64,000 nucleotides of DNA from Calcarisporiella thermophila CBS 279.70 (GCF_041956535.1 NW_027192197.1:383829-447828); one strand, 5' to 3'; shown: positions 36,424 to 50,790, counted from the first letter of the stretch. A program made the numbers and translations. The notes: generated by a model not told the origin, from the letters alone.

Positions 36424-38573
36424 TTACATAGAAGAAGACTTCAGGTGTTCTTCTATCGCTTTCAGCTTCTTAGTCATCACTTTCTGTCGCTCTTCCATAC
36501 TCTCAAGCTTGTTCATTAATTTATCAAAATTAATAGAGTTGGGATTGTACGTCCGTAATGAAACAGCAGGGCGGGAACTAGATACTATGGGCTTATCTGA
36601 AGCAGAAAAAACGTTAGAATGCCTTCTGCCTCTCACCAAAGCCCATATATTCCCTATCCATAGCGGCAGCTGTCTTTCTATAATCCAGTAAACAAGCATC
36701 GTGGGCCAAAAAATCATTAGCCACACCACACTCTTAATGATATGTGACTTTTTCATGCTTATCCAACGCATCCACCATCCAAAAAGTATCCAATATCCAA
36801 TATTGAATGGTGTAGGAAACACAATGCCACGATTAATATAGTTTGTAACTTTGCGTGAAAAATGAATCCGGAAATCGCGGGAGAAGCTGCCTATCTGCGT
36901 GGTATAAAGATAGAGAATAAATCCGAGGAGGAGATTGATTAGGAAAACCCCAGTAATGACAAGGAATAAAAGGAAGAGTGGAGCATTGTATCCTGGATTA
37001 TACCGGGTCACAAGACGAGGTTCAGGATTTCTGGAAATGAAGGATGTAATTAATATGTTAGAAGATCACATATTCAGCAGCAAACTTTTCTATACCCAAG
37101 AAAAGCTCTAATTAGCAAGTCAAGAATCTTTCCGAGTGGTTCATCCTCTTCTATCGCCCAGATAGATTGTGCGAAACCCCATACGCACAGCCCAAATGGG
37201 ATAACAAGCCATGCGCAGTGCCGAATAACTAATTTCGCCATATTGGTTGTGCGCCAGCAAGCTTCAAAAATATCCAGCCACCCAAGGACACGTAGCCAAA
37301 GGAGAGGGGATACTGAGGCCAAAAGATTATATCCAATAGTGTTGAAATATATTATAATGGGCAGCCGTGTATTCGCCATTGCCACCATACGGAAAATAAA
37401 GGAAACAAAAGTCAGACATGATGCAGGCAGACTCAAAATATGCGAGGAAAGTGTTCTGAGATTATTTCCACCGACATAGAGCTACAGAATGTATATGTGA
37501 AAGGGGCATACTTGTGGTAATAAACGGAAATTTGTTGATTTACCCTTTCCAGCTCAAAAGCGAAATCACCGAGGGCAAATAAATAAAAAAGTATTTCAGG
37601 CGCCTCTGGCTCCCAATTCTTGTAATCTTATAGATTCAAGAAACATCAGCCAAATATGCGTATTCTTTATCACGTTCACTACAAATGCTTACCTGTACAA
37701 TTAAGTACGTAAGAATAAAGAAAGAGATAGACGACTGCCATTACAACCGAGCATATGTATTGATTCCTTGTATTTAAAATTAAAATCTAGTCGCTAAACA
37801 CTACGATGGTTATATATTACCTTGGAGATGCCAAATGAAAAATGTTTTCTATCAATCGATTGCAATAGCCTCCCCTGTTATATATCGGCCTCTCATCGTA
37901 TAAAGTAGAAGATATACCCTCGTTCCATACTCGCTAATTGTAGAACAAATGTAAAGAATAAGAAAGAAAAGAATAATATTAAATTTTACGTTAAGGAGTT
38001 TCTCAATGCAAGGAGACATGAAATGAGCTATCAGCTCTTCATCTTGTAGCTTGAAAATAACCGCAATGGCTATAAAGATATTAAAAATTACTAAATAAGC
38101 AAATGTTTTTATGAAACGCGAAATATTACTGCACGGTCTTTTAATCTTATCCATAACTTGAGGTCGAAGCAACAGGTCACACATGGCAAAGTACCAAACG
38201 TCATCATTGCTTTCATTTTCTTCAGAAATTAACGTGGCATAATCTTCTATCAGCCCATTTACAATCTCAATGGCGCAATAATGCTGGGTTGAATGCTGAT
38301 GTGGTATCGTGTAAATGCACCAAACAAGTGCGAAAATCGCCTTTTGTTGATCGCCATGAGCAAAAGACAAAACACTCTCCTAATAAAGTAGAATGAATGA
38401 ATGAGTAATTTTAGTGGCCAACTTAATTATTTATTTACTTTAGTAAATAAATCGCCAGCAAAATTTTGCTTTACTATTTCAACTAATTCTTCAATTGAAA
38501 CAGAATTCTCATGCCCAGCATCACCGGTTTCAATGAGACGCCTTTCTTCATCAATTTCATTATAGTCTGGCAT
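36424..38573 (-). CDS. Divergent Yvc1/TRPY-like cation channel, multi-exon
   Basis: Series of TM segments (EILFYLFALGDFAFEL; SVSPLLWLRVL; GFAQSIWAI; pore-like LLIRAFLGY; FLINLLLGFI), FPTPFNI resembling the Yvc1 PPFNL motif, and a terminal coiled coil. Confidence 0.55.
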
Positions 38574-39227
38574 TCTGGAAATAATTTGAAAGAAATAAAA
38601 GTAGAACTTTCATTTTTCTCTTAATCTTGTGACTCGACCATGACTGCTTTTATATGCCAATCTTGCATATGCCTACGTTTGATTTCGCCTTATATTTTTC
38701 ATTTAAGAGTAATCTAAAATCAATAATACAAAGTTTAATAGCCAGGAAAACATTATTTTGCTTAATATATCATGTGGTTTCTAACATTTTATCCGTAGTA
38801 TGTTTACCTGCAACGTTTGCTTGTTCCTATACTCGATAAAAAGTGTAATACAGTGTTTCATTGGTAACTGGGTAAGAATGGTTATTAAAGACGAAACAAC
38901 CATCCATTGGGATCATTCTGATATATACTTAGAATGGCTAAATTTTTACATGGAAAAGAGATAAATACATCTCTTTTGAGAGAGATGAATAGTAAATAAT
39001 AAATAAAAGTGCTGCTACAATCTACCGAAAGTCCTTAAAAATCATTTCCATTCCTCCATATACCTACATTCAGGAAGCAATTGAAAATAAAAATTTACAA
39101 TTTGTTTCCATAGAATTCAATGAAATAGTCATTGCATCATACCATTGCATGTCGTCAATATTTATTGTGGCCGCTCAGGACATATTGGATATTATAATTT
39201 AGACGAGTGTGATACTCTCTATTCCGA

Positions 39228-41191
39228 TTATTGGGGTGATAAAAAATATGAATTGATTTTCTTAAGCGTTGCTCGAGATGGATTTGCCTTTTAAACGAAA
39301 ATAAAAGAGTTTAATAGAACTTAAATGTAGCACTCTAAAAACAAATTCTTTACCTTTAAACGAAATGAAATTATGCGAATTAACCAACGCTGAATATGCT
39401 CTTTTGTGAGAAGACGATGGTTATGGAGATCCATCCGGAAGATGTCTTTTTAAAATGACCCATGAATAGATGCAATTGAGGCTAGAGTAATAAAATATTA
39501 TACCTTCTTCATCGTAAAATTTAACCAATATTGCCAAAGCTATCCCTACAGAGCGATCAATTCCTTGAGAGCAATGTATCAACAATCGACTACCCAGCTC
39601 AAGATGTTTTCTTGCAAACTCTATCGCACATGGAATCGCTTCAAGTAGTCGATGCTGCCCTTTTTTACCCTCTGGTATATCCAACCTTAGATATCTGCTA
39701 CTCTCTTCTGCCATTGCATCATAAGTGAGCTCTGCTGCGCAATTAATGATGGCGTCAAAATGTTTCCAGCATGTTGTTGGTTCACCTATATAATGTCAAG
39801 GCAACGCATATTAAAATTTCTCTCTCTTCATATTATTAACTCAATCTACCGCTATGTCGATTCCCAATAGCAATCTTAGTATTCCCAATGAAATGGAATG
39901 GTTGCTGGTTGCATGATGTATCACCACCCCTCTCTTCGCGCACAATATTGCACACTTTCAATTCACATTCCGCAGGATCTCCCTTCAGTAGATATTCTCG
40001 ATGTTTCCAGAAGAGTGAGGGAGTGAGTCCCTGTGTTAATAATCAATTTTAAAGCTGAAGGAGGAATATTAAATTAGCTAGTTAATATGCAATACCCATA
40101 CCATTGCCCACATTTCTTCATCATCTGCAGCTCCCTGTACATAAATAAATCCATCACGTCGTTGCATTCCTTCTTTTACCATCCTTGATGCACTAAGTAG
40201 TATAACCGGAAAGAAGGGCATCTGGCTATAATCTGGTAGCTCGTTGAGAAAAAGGGATGTTTGGGGAGTGAACCAAAGAGGACGAAGAGGCTTTTGTAGC
40301 CTAATGGCTATGTCCTCAATATCAACACCTGAATTCTAACTAGGAAATTATAGGCTATCCAGAATTGCAAATCGTTGAAAAATGTGTATACCAGCAGTTT
40401 ATGGGTAAATTGTTCAATCAACTCGGCTATTTGGCTGTGCTCTGAGCGTGAAACCATGGAAGGTAGTGTTCTTAGCTCTGAATCCCAATGTTTATGTTCG
40501 TGTATATTTCCCTTGCCATTCCTCTCCTCGATGTATCGTTGTATTGCTCTATTTATTGTGCAGCACCATATTGGAATAGTCTTTGAAAGCGAGTCGGGCA
40601 TTCGCTTTCCCCGACGCGTAGAATCCACCACAATACACCTATTTATAAAATATATTAACCCCCCTATGATAATTGTAAAATAATATACAAAAACACAACG
40701 CTATTCATACCCTTCATATTTCGCAATGATATCTATGAGATGCAGGTTAAGTCGACGAAGATTGAAATCCCATTTTCCGGTATGTCCATCAGTTGATTTG
40801 AAATATACACTTTGGGGACATGCCTAATTTAAGATAAAAACTCAACTAATTAATAGAAAAATTTACATGCAGTTTTATTGCCACACCTTTTTTGGGTCAA
40901 TATACCACGCTCCACAGCGCTCGTTAGCTATTGTATATCAATAGGTTATCTATCATCACGTTCAAAGAGAAATATTATGGATAAAAAATTACCAATGAGA
41001 GCAAGGCCCGGAAATAGATCTGCAATCTCTGAGACAAAATTTGCATCTACATCAATAGAACGAAGACGATAATAACTAAGTTAATTAGAGGTGAAGTATA
41101 GCCATTCCTCAGATGTTATAGAAATAGAGTCTTACATGTTTTTGGCCTCTTTTCTAATCTTGTTAGTTTCTCGATTAATATCTCCAACCAT
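39228..41191 (-). CDS. RIT1: Initiator tRNA A64 2'-O-ribosylphosphate transferase
   Basis: RLRSI, ANERCGAWY, YFKSTDGHTGKWDFNLRRLN, VDSTRRGKRMPDSLSKTIPIWC, LQKPLRPLW, YVQGAADDEEMW, HCSQGIDRSVG, NPSRATLKKIN. Confidence 0.95.
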
Positions 41192-41340
41192 GACCGTTTT
41201 ATTATCGAGGAGAGATGAAAATTTGCATTAATGATTTCAGACCAATTATTATTCAGGATAATGAAAACTCAAGTCACATATATTCATTAGCAAGGTTGTT
41301 AGCAAGTCACAAAGCAATAAAAGTCTTGCTCTCAGATTTA

Positions 41341-41441
41341 TTCACCCGAACACAACCTAATTCACCCTAATCCAACTACTTCACCTAGTTCAACCTAATT
41401 CACCTAATTCACCTAATTCAAACACTTCACCTTATTCATCC
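41341..41441. repeat. Degenerate 9-10 bp tandem minisatellite, consensus TTCACCTAA
   Basis: About 11 units, e.g. TTCACCCTAA, TTCACCTAG, TTCAACCTAA, TTCACCTAA x2, TTCACCTTA. Confidence 0.85.
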
Positions 41442-41479
41442 AAATACATTTTCCTCAATAAACTTCCAAAAAGCCTAAT

Positions 41480-41520
41480 ATTTCTAGGTATATTTTAAAA
41501 ATCAAAATATACCTAGAAAT
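41480..41520. repeat. Perfect inverted repeat, 17-bp arms, 7-nt loop
   Basis: ATTTCTAGGTATATTTT-AAAAATC-AAAATATACCTAGAAAT. Confidence 0.93.
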
Positions 41521-42230
41521 CTATAAAGAGATTTCTAAGAATATAATATATCAAACTTCATTCCGTGGTAAACCTACCCCTTTCAATTGATAATAATTTG
41601 GAGTGTATTGCATTACTCCAATCAATATCGCATCCTCTCCTATTATCATTATCAATAGATAGTAGATATACTTCTAAAGCCGCACATGCTTAGCTTTTGC
41701 TTTTAGAACGAATTAAAGTGCCGATTGATTGGAAAGAGTTCAGTATATGATTTGATCGACGACTAAATTTGAATAAATTATTGCATACATATCTGTAATA
41801 TCACAAATGATAATACTTAGCAAGGGAAATACAAGAAAGGATGCTTTCGGATTAGTGCCTGATTTTCATGTTAAGAATACTTGACTGAATAAAAATATTA
41901 AAAGTCTCTACTAATATATTATTGCCATCAGAAAATGACTCATGGGATAGTGAAATATTTGTTTAACTAAATCCCTACCTGATTCCTATCAATCTAGAGC
42001 TATTGTTGGACTACACTTATAATTATTGCTGCTATCAAACCTCCATGTAAAATTAACCGCCGTTACAAGATCTTTATCTGCGGATAAAAATTCGGAATCA
42101 AAATTGGGTTCCAGCTGGCAAGGTAAGTTACACATTAAAACTTATTTGCAAACATATTCACTTTCCTTACTTTGCCTTTCCTTACTATTCTTTCCTTCTC
42201 CTCGGACCCATCAGCAGCAGAAATCGTAGG

Positions 42231-44547
42231 ATGGCAGAAAGACAGAGGAAAATATTGAATGAGAAGCACGAACGCATTCTTCTCGAGTTGGTGCGACTTC
42301 CAGGGAACGACCAATGTGCTGATTGTGGAGCGAAAGGTAAGAAATTAAATCTAAAGATTTTGTTAAAATAATTACTGGGTAATTGCATCAACAATTGTAT
42401 CCGTTAATGAACGCTATGCGACTATTGAAATATAGGGCCACGTTGGGCAGCTTACAATCTAGGTGTGTTTCTCTGTATGAGGTGTGCAGGAATTCACCGA
42501 AAGATGGGGACACACATCTCACGAGTGAAATCAATTACTTTTGATCAATGGACGGCTGAACAGATTGAGGTAACTTAGCTCACTGATACATGTTTAGGAA
42601 GCAAATTTTAAGTAGAGGATAAATTTTCTTTAACCAATTTGATTCTTTGAACAGATGATGAAGCAATGTGGAAATAGAAAAGCAAACTCTGAAGTTAATC
42701 CTCATCCTGAGCGACATCCTATCCCAATAGAAGAAGATGAAAGGTGATTGTTTATTACTCTTCAATCAAAAATGATTTTAAGCTAACCTTATTTTTTTTT
42801 AGCGCTATGGAGAAATATATTCGCAATAAATGGGAACGAAAAATCTTCATTGAACGAGAGGAGATTCAAACTCCAGCTAGATCACAATCACTCATGGCTC
42901 TTAAATCGTCTTCCAATGCTCCGTCGAAATCGGTCACTGCACCACCACCATTGAAGCATCAATCTTCAGAACCAATTTTGTTCCGAGAAAATGAATCGTT
43001 CTTTATTGCACTCCAAAAACTATCGGAGATGGGTTTTCATGACAACGATCGCAACCGAAGAGTGCTTAATACTACAAGCGGTGACCTCAAAGCCGCAGTC
43101 GAAATTCTTTCTCGTCTTCCTGGGGCGGGCCGACCTATGCCATTGCGTGCCCATTCCACTTCTGACGATGAGAAACTTTCCCAACTCTGGAACATGGGCT
43201 TTATGGACGAACAGAAAAATCGAGATACGCTACGCCGTACAGGTGGAAATGTGGAAGTTGCTGCGGCGCTGCTTGCGGAAGAACGCAACAAAGTGAGAGC
43301 GGATGCAGTGAAGGCAGAGGCGAATGCATTGAAAAGAGCTTCGACTTTATATAGCAGAGTTAACACCAACAATAATTCAATTCCTAATGTGAATAGTGGG
43401 CCAATACTGGGGAAACCTCAGTCTGCGAAAGAGCGTTACCAACACAAATTGCCTTCACTCTCTTCTGGGTCGCAAGACAAAGCATTTTCTTTTGATGAGA
43501 TCCAAGCTTCTTTTTTCCAACCACAGAAAATCCAACAAAACTCGAATCCTTTTGGCTCATTTACAACTACACCGCCCGCCATTTCACCCAACATGAACAG
43601 CTTTTTCGAGCAATCCCAGCCACCGCAGCAACCTCAACAATCTGCACCGGCTAAGACCTTGCTAGGCTTTCAGGACATGCAAAATAATTTCCTTCAGAAT
43701 AATACGGGTAGCGTGAAATTCATGGAGTTTTACACTTAGCATCCATTCATTTTCTTGATTTTTCACTATAGGCTTGATATCTCCCAGTTTTAATTCTTCC
43801 ACTTCTGCAGCGAACAGTTCTAACCTAACCAATCCCTTCAACTCCACTAATTCCTCCGGGCTTCTTAACTCTTCACAAGGTACTTCCCCATTCACAAGCT
43901 CCCAAGCCGCATCTCTGCCTTATGTTTCTTCACAATCCAACCTCAACTATCCTTCAAACACTCTAAGCAACCCCGTAAGCATAAACCACACTTACTTAAG
44001 CTCTTCATACTCTGGGAGCCTAGATGGAAAAAGGAGCTTTAACAATGGGAATTTATCAACCTCTCCAAACTTGAATGGGGAATATCTAAGGAAATCCGAC
44101 CCATTCGAGGGTTTAACTTTGACAGCTAAACGAGGCTTTAGTAGGAGTGAAGGAATAAATATGAATGCAGATATGAGTGCGCAATCGCAATTATCCAAAG
44201 ATCCATTCACAGGACCGGCCAATATCCCTCGGCAAGAGAGCATGCCAACCTTATCCTCCAGGAATGCTTTTGGTCAGAATCAAGCGCCTAGCCTCAGCTC
44301 AATGCGTACAAACGATGGAATATCGCAAATGAGCGACTTGAATATAACTGATCGACGGTTGATGGGCATTTCATCTCCTTTTAGTGCAACCACCCCTCCT
44401 CATGGGCATCCTGGGTTCGATTTGCAAAAAAATTCAATGTTTACCAGCAATCATATTCAATCCTCGAATCCGTTTGGGCAAATGCAACCGCCAAACTCAC
44501 TTTTAGGAAGGGATACCCAGGCATTCCAAAGCAATTCGTTCTTTTAA
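42231..44547 (+). CDS. ArfGAP with two UBA domains and NPF/DPF motifs (Gts1/Ucp3-like)
   Basis: [12 protein letters not shown]|[33 protein letters not shown]; two LxxMGF..N..L...GxxxxA UBA repeats; several NPF/DPF motifs in a low-complexity tail. Confidence 0.88.
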
Positions 44548-44943
44548 AATACATAAAACCCGGGATTTTAGATTTTATTATATTATGTTCTCTATTTATT
44601 GAAATACTTCACAAATTTTTATTATTATTATTATTTTTTGCCTACTCTTGGTCATCTATTGGATTCCAACTTCCTTTCCAAAACATTTCTCTTGTCCCAA
44701 TCCTTCACCACCATCTACCTGTGTTCCTATTCTCTCCTTTTTATAATTAAACGTATTTATAGAGACGAAATTGAATAGATAATTCATCACGTTGAAATAA
44801 AAATCCTTCAGAAAACCATCAGAATTATATAAGCCAATAGTTTCAAATTCACATGTTCACTACTTTTTAGTACGAAGCGCATGTTTTCTTTCTTCAATCT
44901 GATTCAACTGTCATTTAAGTGTGTAGCGGAAAGCAACTAAAAT

Positions 44944-46055
44944 ATGTCATCTTTACGCGAAGATCTTGTTCAACAAGCAGTAAAATTTCTACAGGACCCG
45001 AAAGTTCAGACTTCACCCCTGGCCAAGAAGGTCTCTTTCCTCGAGTCAAAGGGGATGACAAGCGATGAAATCGAAGAAGCTGTTTCGCGTGCATCAGGAA
45101 AATCTAGTTCCCCCACAACCACCACTACCACCGTTACGCAAGCAAATTCGCCTGGAGCTTCCAACGTTCCGCCTGGTATGGCTGCAGCTCCCGGTGGGCA
45201 AATGGTTCCATATGCAATGGCTCCACCGTTGCCCCCACGGAGAGATTGGCGTGATGTATTTATTGCTTGTGTTGTGGCTGGAGGGTTTGGATATGGGGTA
45301 TGGACGTTGGCAAAGCATTATTTAGCACCGATGTTACAGATGCCTTCGAGTGATGAACTGGAGAAAGATAAGAAGGCGCTGGATGAACAATTTGACAAAG
45401 GTAACTTGACAGTTTTGCGATTGCTTTTTTTATCTGTATTGTGCTTATTTTAAAATTCCCTGGATGGCAGTGGCAAAAGAGTTGGAGGATATGCGAACCG
45501 AGACAAGCGAAGCCAAGAAGACCGTAGAGGAGCAGTCTTCACAGATCAAGACATCACTCTATGAAATGGAGAAACTTTTGGAGGAACTGCGGGAACAGGA
45601 GGGTAAGAGGAATGAAGAGCTGAAGAGCCTGCAAGAGGAGGTTGACAATATAAAAGCTCAGATTCCTAAGGTAAAATTGATGGACTCGTCGCAGCGAGGC
45701 TAAGCTTCTAATGTCATGGTATTTCTATTAGTTTTTCAATAGTAGTCGCGAGAATCAGACCAGTATGATGAACGATCTCCAGCAGGAGATAAAATCTCTC
45801 AAATCTCTACTTCTGAACCGCCGTGGAACTGGTGCCCCCTCACCAACGCAGCAGACTTCGGGAGATTCCAACTCAAATCCACTTGATAGGTTTAGCCAAA
45901 TCGCTGGCACCGGTTCAGCCTCTGCACGATCTTCTATCCCAGCGTGGCAGTTAGGCGGAGCACCAAAGGAGAAGCAGATTGCTACAGATGTAGCAGTGAA
46001 TGGGGCAGAAAAGAGCGGTGATACAGTAGAAAAGGACGCGGAGAATTCTTCTTAA
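44944..46055 (+). CDS. PEX14: Peroxin Pex14
   Basis: REDLVQQAVKFLQDPKVQTSPLAKKVSFLESKGMTSDEIEEA, RDWRD, coiled coil, EIKSLKSLLLNR, SIPAWQL. Confidence 0.95.
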
Positions 46056-46240
46056 TAGTAGTATAGTGTTTTTAATATGCTTTCGATTGTTACATTCGGC
46101 TTGATACACTCTTTCATTAAAGACCCCTTGTGATATTAATATGGTGGTGGCTTATGCGTATTTGATATGATGTCGAAGAAAAATAAGTGACTGCTTGTCT
46201 TTGTACATTCGGCCACTCGCAAGGTCTACACAGATACAAC

Positions 46241-47343
46241 ATGCCGCTTGTAATCATCACAGGAATACCCTGCAGCGGCAAGACAACCCGTGCAAAACAA
46301 CTCTTGGGATATTTTACACAACGTATTGCACAGGATGAATCAATAAAGTCCAAACAAATGACTGTGCATCTTCTCAATGATGACATACTAGGATATAACA
46401 GGGATGTATACAAGTGTAAGTATTCCGATTTTTTCGTATTATGATAGATACTTACCAAATAATATAGTGCCTGTTGAAGAAAAAAAAGCGCGAGGGGCAT
46501 TAATGTCAGCCGTGGAGCGACATCTTTCAAAGGAAGATATCGTGATTGCCGATGGGATGAATTATATCAAAGGTTTTCGATACCAGCTCTACTGTATTGC
46601 CCGGGCAATTGGAACACCTCATTGTGTGGTGAGTTTTGATAAATATGAGACAATTATTTAATTGTATATTCAGGCTTTTCATTTTAGCTGCACTGTGGTA
46701 CTTCGACACAGGACGCAAAGGAGTGGAATAAAGAGAGAGAAAATGCCTACGAAGAAAAAGTGTACATAGCGTGTTTCTGGAAACCATAACGGGCTATACT
46801 AATAATTTATTTAAAAGGTTCGAGGAACTTGTTAGCCGATATGAAGAACCTGATGGGCGAAATCGGTGGGATTCACCATTATTCACCGTATTGAAGGACG
46901 ACGAAACAATTCCAGGGGATGACATATGGGGTGCTGTGGTGCTGCGGAAACCACCACCGCCGAATATGTCTACTACCGTCGTAAATATCGAGAATCAACT
47001 TTAGATTTTCCACTTCTCATTCGACTCTCCACTAATGCATATAAATTTTTTACTTGTCCAGAAACCGATCAGCGAAACCAATTATCTCTACGAGCTTGAT
47101 CAGACTACCCAAGAAATCATAGACGCTGTCCTCGAGGGCCAAAAGACACTCGGAATAGGAGGAGGTCCGATCACCGTTCCCAAAACTGATAAAAAAGTAA
47201 ACAATCCAGCGAGAAATCTTACTCTATCAGAAGTACGTCGGCTTCGGCGCCAATTCACACATATTAACAAAATCCATAATCTTCTGAGTATGGAACGCAT
47301 CGCGGAGATGTTCGTAGATTATTTAAACACGAATTTACAATAA
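46241..47343 (+). CDS. KTI12: Elongator cofactor Kti12
   Basis: MPLVIITGIPCSGKT, EKKARG, IVIADGMNYIKGFRYQLYC, RYEEPDGRNRWDSPLF, LRRLRRQF-like C-terminus. Confidence 0.95.
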
Positions 47344-47516
47344 AATAATTTCGTGACTGCATTTGTATTTTCATCGAGAGAAGGGAGTCAAAAACTCACA
47401 AGACTACTATCGAGGAACTAGTTGCAACGCATGAGGCGTGCATAGCGGCCTGAAGTTCTTGATTTACTAATTTGTTGACAACTATCCTATTACTACTATT
47501 GCTATTTTTTCCCTAA

Positions 47517-47522
47517 ACGCGT
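47517..47522. promoter_or_regulatory. MCB-like element (ACGCGT) just upstream of ORC3
   Basis: AAACGCGTGAAA about 25 bp before ATG 47547 in AT-rich context; consistent with G1/S regulation of replication genes in fungi. Confidence 0.45.
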
Positions 47523-47546
47523 GAAATATTTTTAATTCAAACACCC

Positions 47547-50500
47547 ATGACGTCTGACAACGGCGACGCGTTTGAATCTATATCAGAGGTATTTGCTCGC
47601 TCAATCCCAGTTTTTCTAGGCCCAAGAACATGGAGCATATGATGAAATATTAAAAATGCCACCATTTTTATCTCTAATAATTTACGTTTCTTTTCTTAAG
47701 GGCTGCTTCCTCGTTTTCCCTTCGCCTCAACACACGGCTAATAAACGGCGGAAGACATCAGAGAATGAGTACGAATCAGGTAATGGCTAGCTGATGCTTG
47801 TATTTCTTCCCCAATTTTTCATTTATTTTATCCCTATCGCTATTATTTCATATCAGAGGCGACTCATTGCGATTTGAGAGGTTTCCAGACACTATTTGAC
47901 AATCAAGAACCAATAGAAGCATTAAAGCTGCGGTTAAAATTTTATGAATCCAAATGGCAATTTATACGAAGCCTAGCTGATGTAAATATCCCTCTATGCT
48001 GGCTTATTATTACAATTCCTTGATACTGATAAACGTGCTTGTTAGAGTGCGTTGAAAGAGCTGAACCAGGCCACCTTGGATGAATTATTGAAATTCGTGG
48101 CCGAGGCGCATTGCCATACGCTGAAACAAAAGTACGTTTTAATCTATTAGTATATTCTCTTGGATATTTTTAAGTAACCATAAGCTTAAACTCAAGTATG
48201 TGCGCACTGCCTTTTCATGAGCTTCCAACTGCACTTGTCTTTCCAGGTTAACTCACTAATCGTTATCCCACTCTAGCAAAACTATTAATAATTTTCTGAA
48301 TATTTACAGGGATCAATGTCCCGGATCATGACCTCCTCTTCGACCAAGTGAGCAGTACCCTTGAGGGTGCGGGAAATTTTGTTGCTCGATTGCACTCTAA
48401 AAACTGCGGAAGCATAAAAGCGATGATTAAGTCTATAACCGAGCAGTTTATCGAAACTGAAGCAGAAATAAATGACGAAGAGGAGGAAAACACAATATTT
48501 GTGCCATCTACAACCACTTCGACAAAGAAGGTAGGTCTTTTCTTATTTTGGTATTAGTTCGAGTCGTTTCACACTCTTATAAAAACAAGAAATCCCCCTG
48601 TCGAGTACCCAGTTATGATATGCAAGTATTAGAAGGGTGGTACAATCATCTCGTTGACAACCATAATAATAGAAGGAGACAAGAAGGCTACATGGAGACA
48701 GGTATATTCTAACATAGGTTGAAAATATTCTATAGAAACACTTACGCGTTTTCGGTAGATAATGATAATGCTAAACTGGGAAACCTCGTGGTAATAGTGC
48801 AGGACTTTGAGTCATTCGAGCCAGCTACTTTGGAGGATTTTATTGCCATTTGTAGGTATGTGATCCGCCCATGGGTATTGGTTGCTTTTATAATAAATAG
48901 TTACACTAACCTTTACCTTTCACCTTGATTTGCTATAGTGAATATTTGAGTCGGATTCCAATCGTGTTAATAATGGGCATTGCCACGTCAATTGAAACTA
49001 TGCAGCAGGCACTGTCAAGGTCAACCCTGACTTTGTTGCGTACTGAGAAATTTCAGATGCAGAGAGCTGAAAAAGTGTTTGATGCTTTGACCGAAGCGGT
49101 ATGTAGCATCTACGTCTGGATCGAATAGAAATATTGTTTATCACTACGTGTTACTTAACGATCTTTTCATTTGCTAAGATTATTTTCCGTGAAGATGAAG
49201 AGGGTATAGGCATTGGCCCATCACTGTATCGTCATCTAATGGATAACTTTTTCTTGCACAACTTTTCTATCGGCTCGTTTCTTTCAAGCCTGCAGGTCTG
49301 TATATGATATAAAACGTTTACACGTACAAAGGCCTATGTCTTGAATTAATCAGTGTTCTTCCATTTTGGCGTTTAGTACGCATATATGCATTTTTTCTAT
49401 GCAAACCCTTTGAGCATTTTCGCGTACCTAGACATCAAAAAAGTAGAGTGCGTTCTGACTTCAGACCATATTGAAATGGTGCAAATGCAGCCCTCATTTC
49501 AAAAGTAAACTTGTTTGATTCTACAACCATACCTAACTCACTAGAGCTTGGATTTATTTCCCTGTGTTTATTTTTAATATATCCAGCTATATCGACTCAA
49601 TGCTCGCCGGTGAGCCATCTAAAGTCCACCATATTCTCACAACTCGCGAGGGTACGCTTTCTGCACTAGACGACGCTTTCACTCGCATTCGCACCTATCT
49701 TGCAGAGTTCGTTGTGATATTCGAGGTCCTCTGGCAACTTGAACTCTGCTTCTGGGCAATGCACGACATCCGGAAACCGCGTCGCATGCTCTACCTCCAG
49801 GCCCTGGAGGAGGATCTCGGATCGTCAGACCACATTAAAACCCTGTGCATGCTTATGAGTAAGATGAAGCTGGAGGAACTCGGGCAGTTCCTTGAAAGAA
49901 CGGTGTCCACTCTCGAGGAAGCGGAGATGCGATGGTGTGGCGAGAAAACTGTATTGAAATCTGCGCAGATAACTGTGTTTGCGAAAGAGAAACTTGGTGA
50001 ACTGAGGAGAATTGAAGTGCAGAAGATGGAAGCGGAGGAGGAGGAAGAAGAAGAGGAGAGCGAGGAGTATAGCGGCGACAAGAAAGATAACTTTAAAGAA
50101 TCAAGAAGGCAAACCGCCACTAGCCGCCGGGTTCGCTCCGATAAGGAAACAGAAGAGGATGAATTCATACTGGTGCGGCGGCAAGTGTGCGAATTCTTCA
50201 AGAATGAATTCCACTGCTGCCTAGCCCGGCACACAACTCTACCCCTTTATGAACTGTACTGGTACTCAAGTGTAAGACTTCACCAAAAGGTAGTGCTCCC
50301 CTCTCCTTGCTATTTTGCTACATTCTCTATATGCTTCTAGCTGATGTGCATTTCCCTGTTTAGGCCTTTACCCCCCAACATCGTGCCTCCGTGCAGACCG
50401 CGCTTGGCCATCCACGGCATTACATCAACTGTCTATGTTGCAATGAGAATCCCTCCAACTCGTGGAATAGCGGAGCAATACTGTCCTCCTCGCTCCAAGA

Positions 50501-50790
50501 TACCTGTATTCTCTACAGGCTCTACTTGGAATGTGGGCGAGTGATTAATTTATATGACTGGTATATCGCGTTCTGCATGGTACTGGAGAAAGATGGGGTT
50601 GAGGAAAAGGAGGCCGTGTTAGTATAGCATAGTGGATAAGTCTTCATGGCAAGCATGGCTAATGGTATGTTTGAATTTTGATAGTGCACGATTTACCCGC
50701 GGCATCGCAGAGCTCCAGTTTCTCGGTTTCATCAAGCCTACAAATCGAAAGACAGACCACGTTCAGCGATTGACCTGGGGCTCGATATAA
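47547..50790 (+). CDS. ORC3: Origin recognition complex subunit 3, multi-exon
   Basis: [91 protein letters not shown]. Confidence 0.93.
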
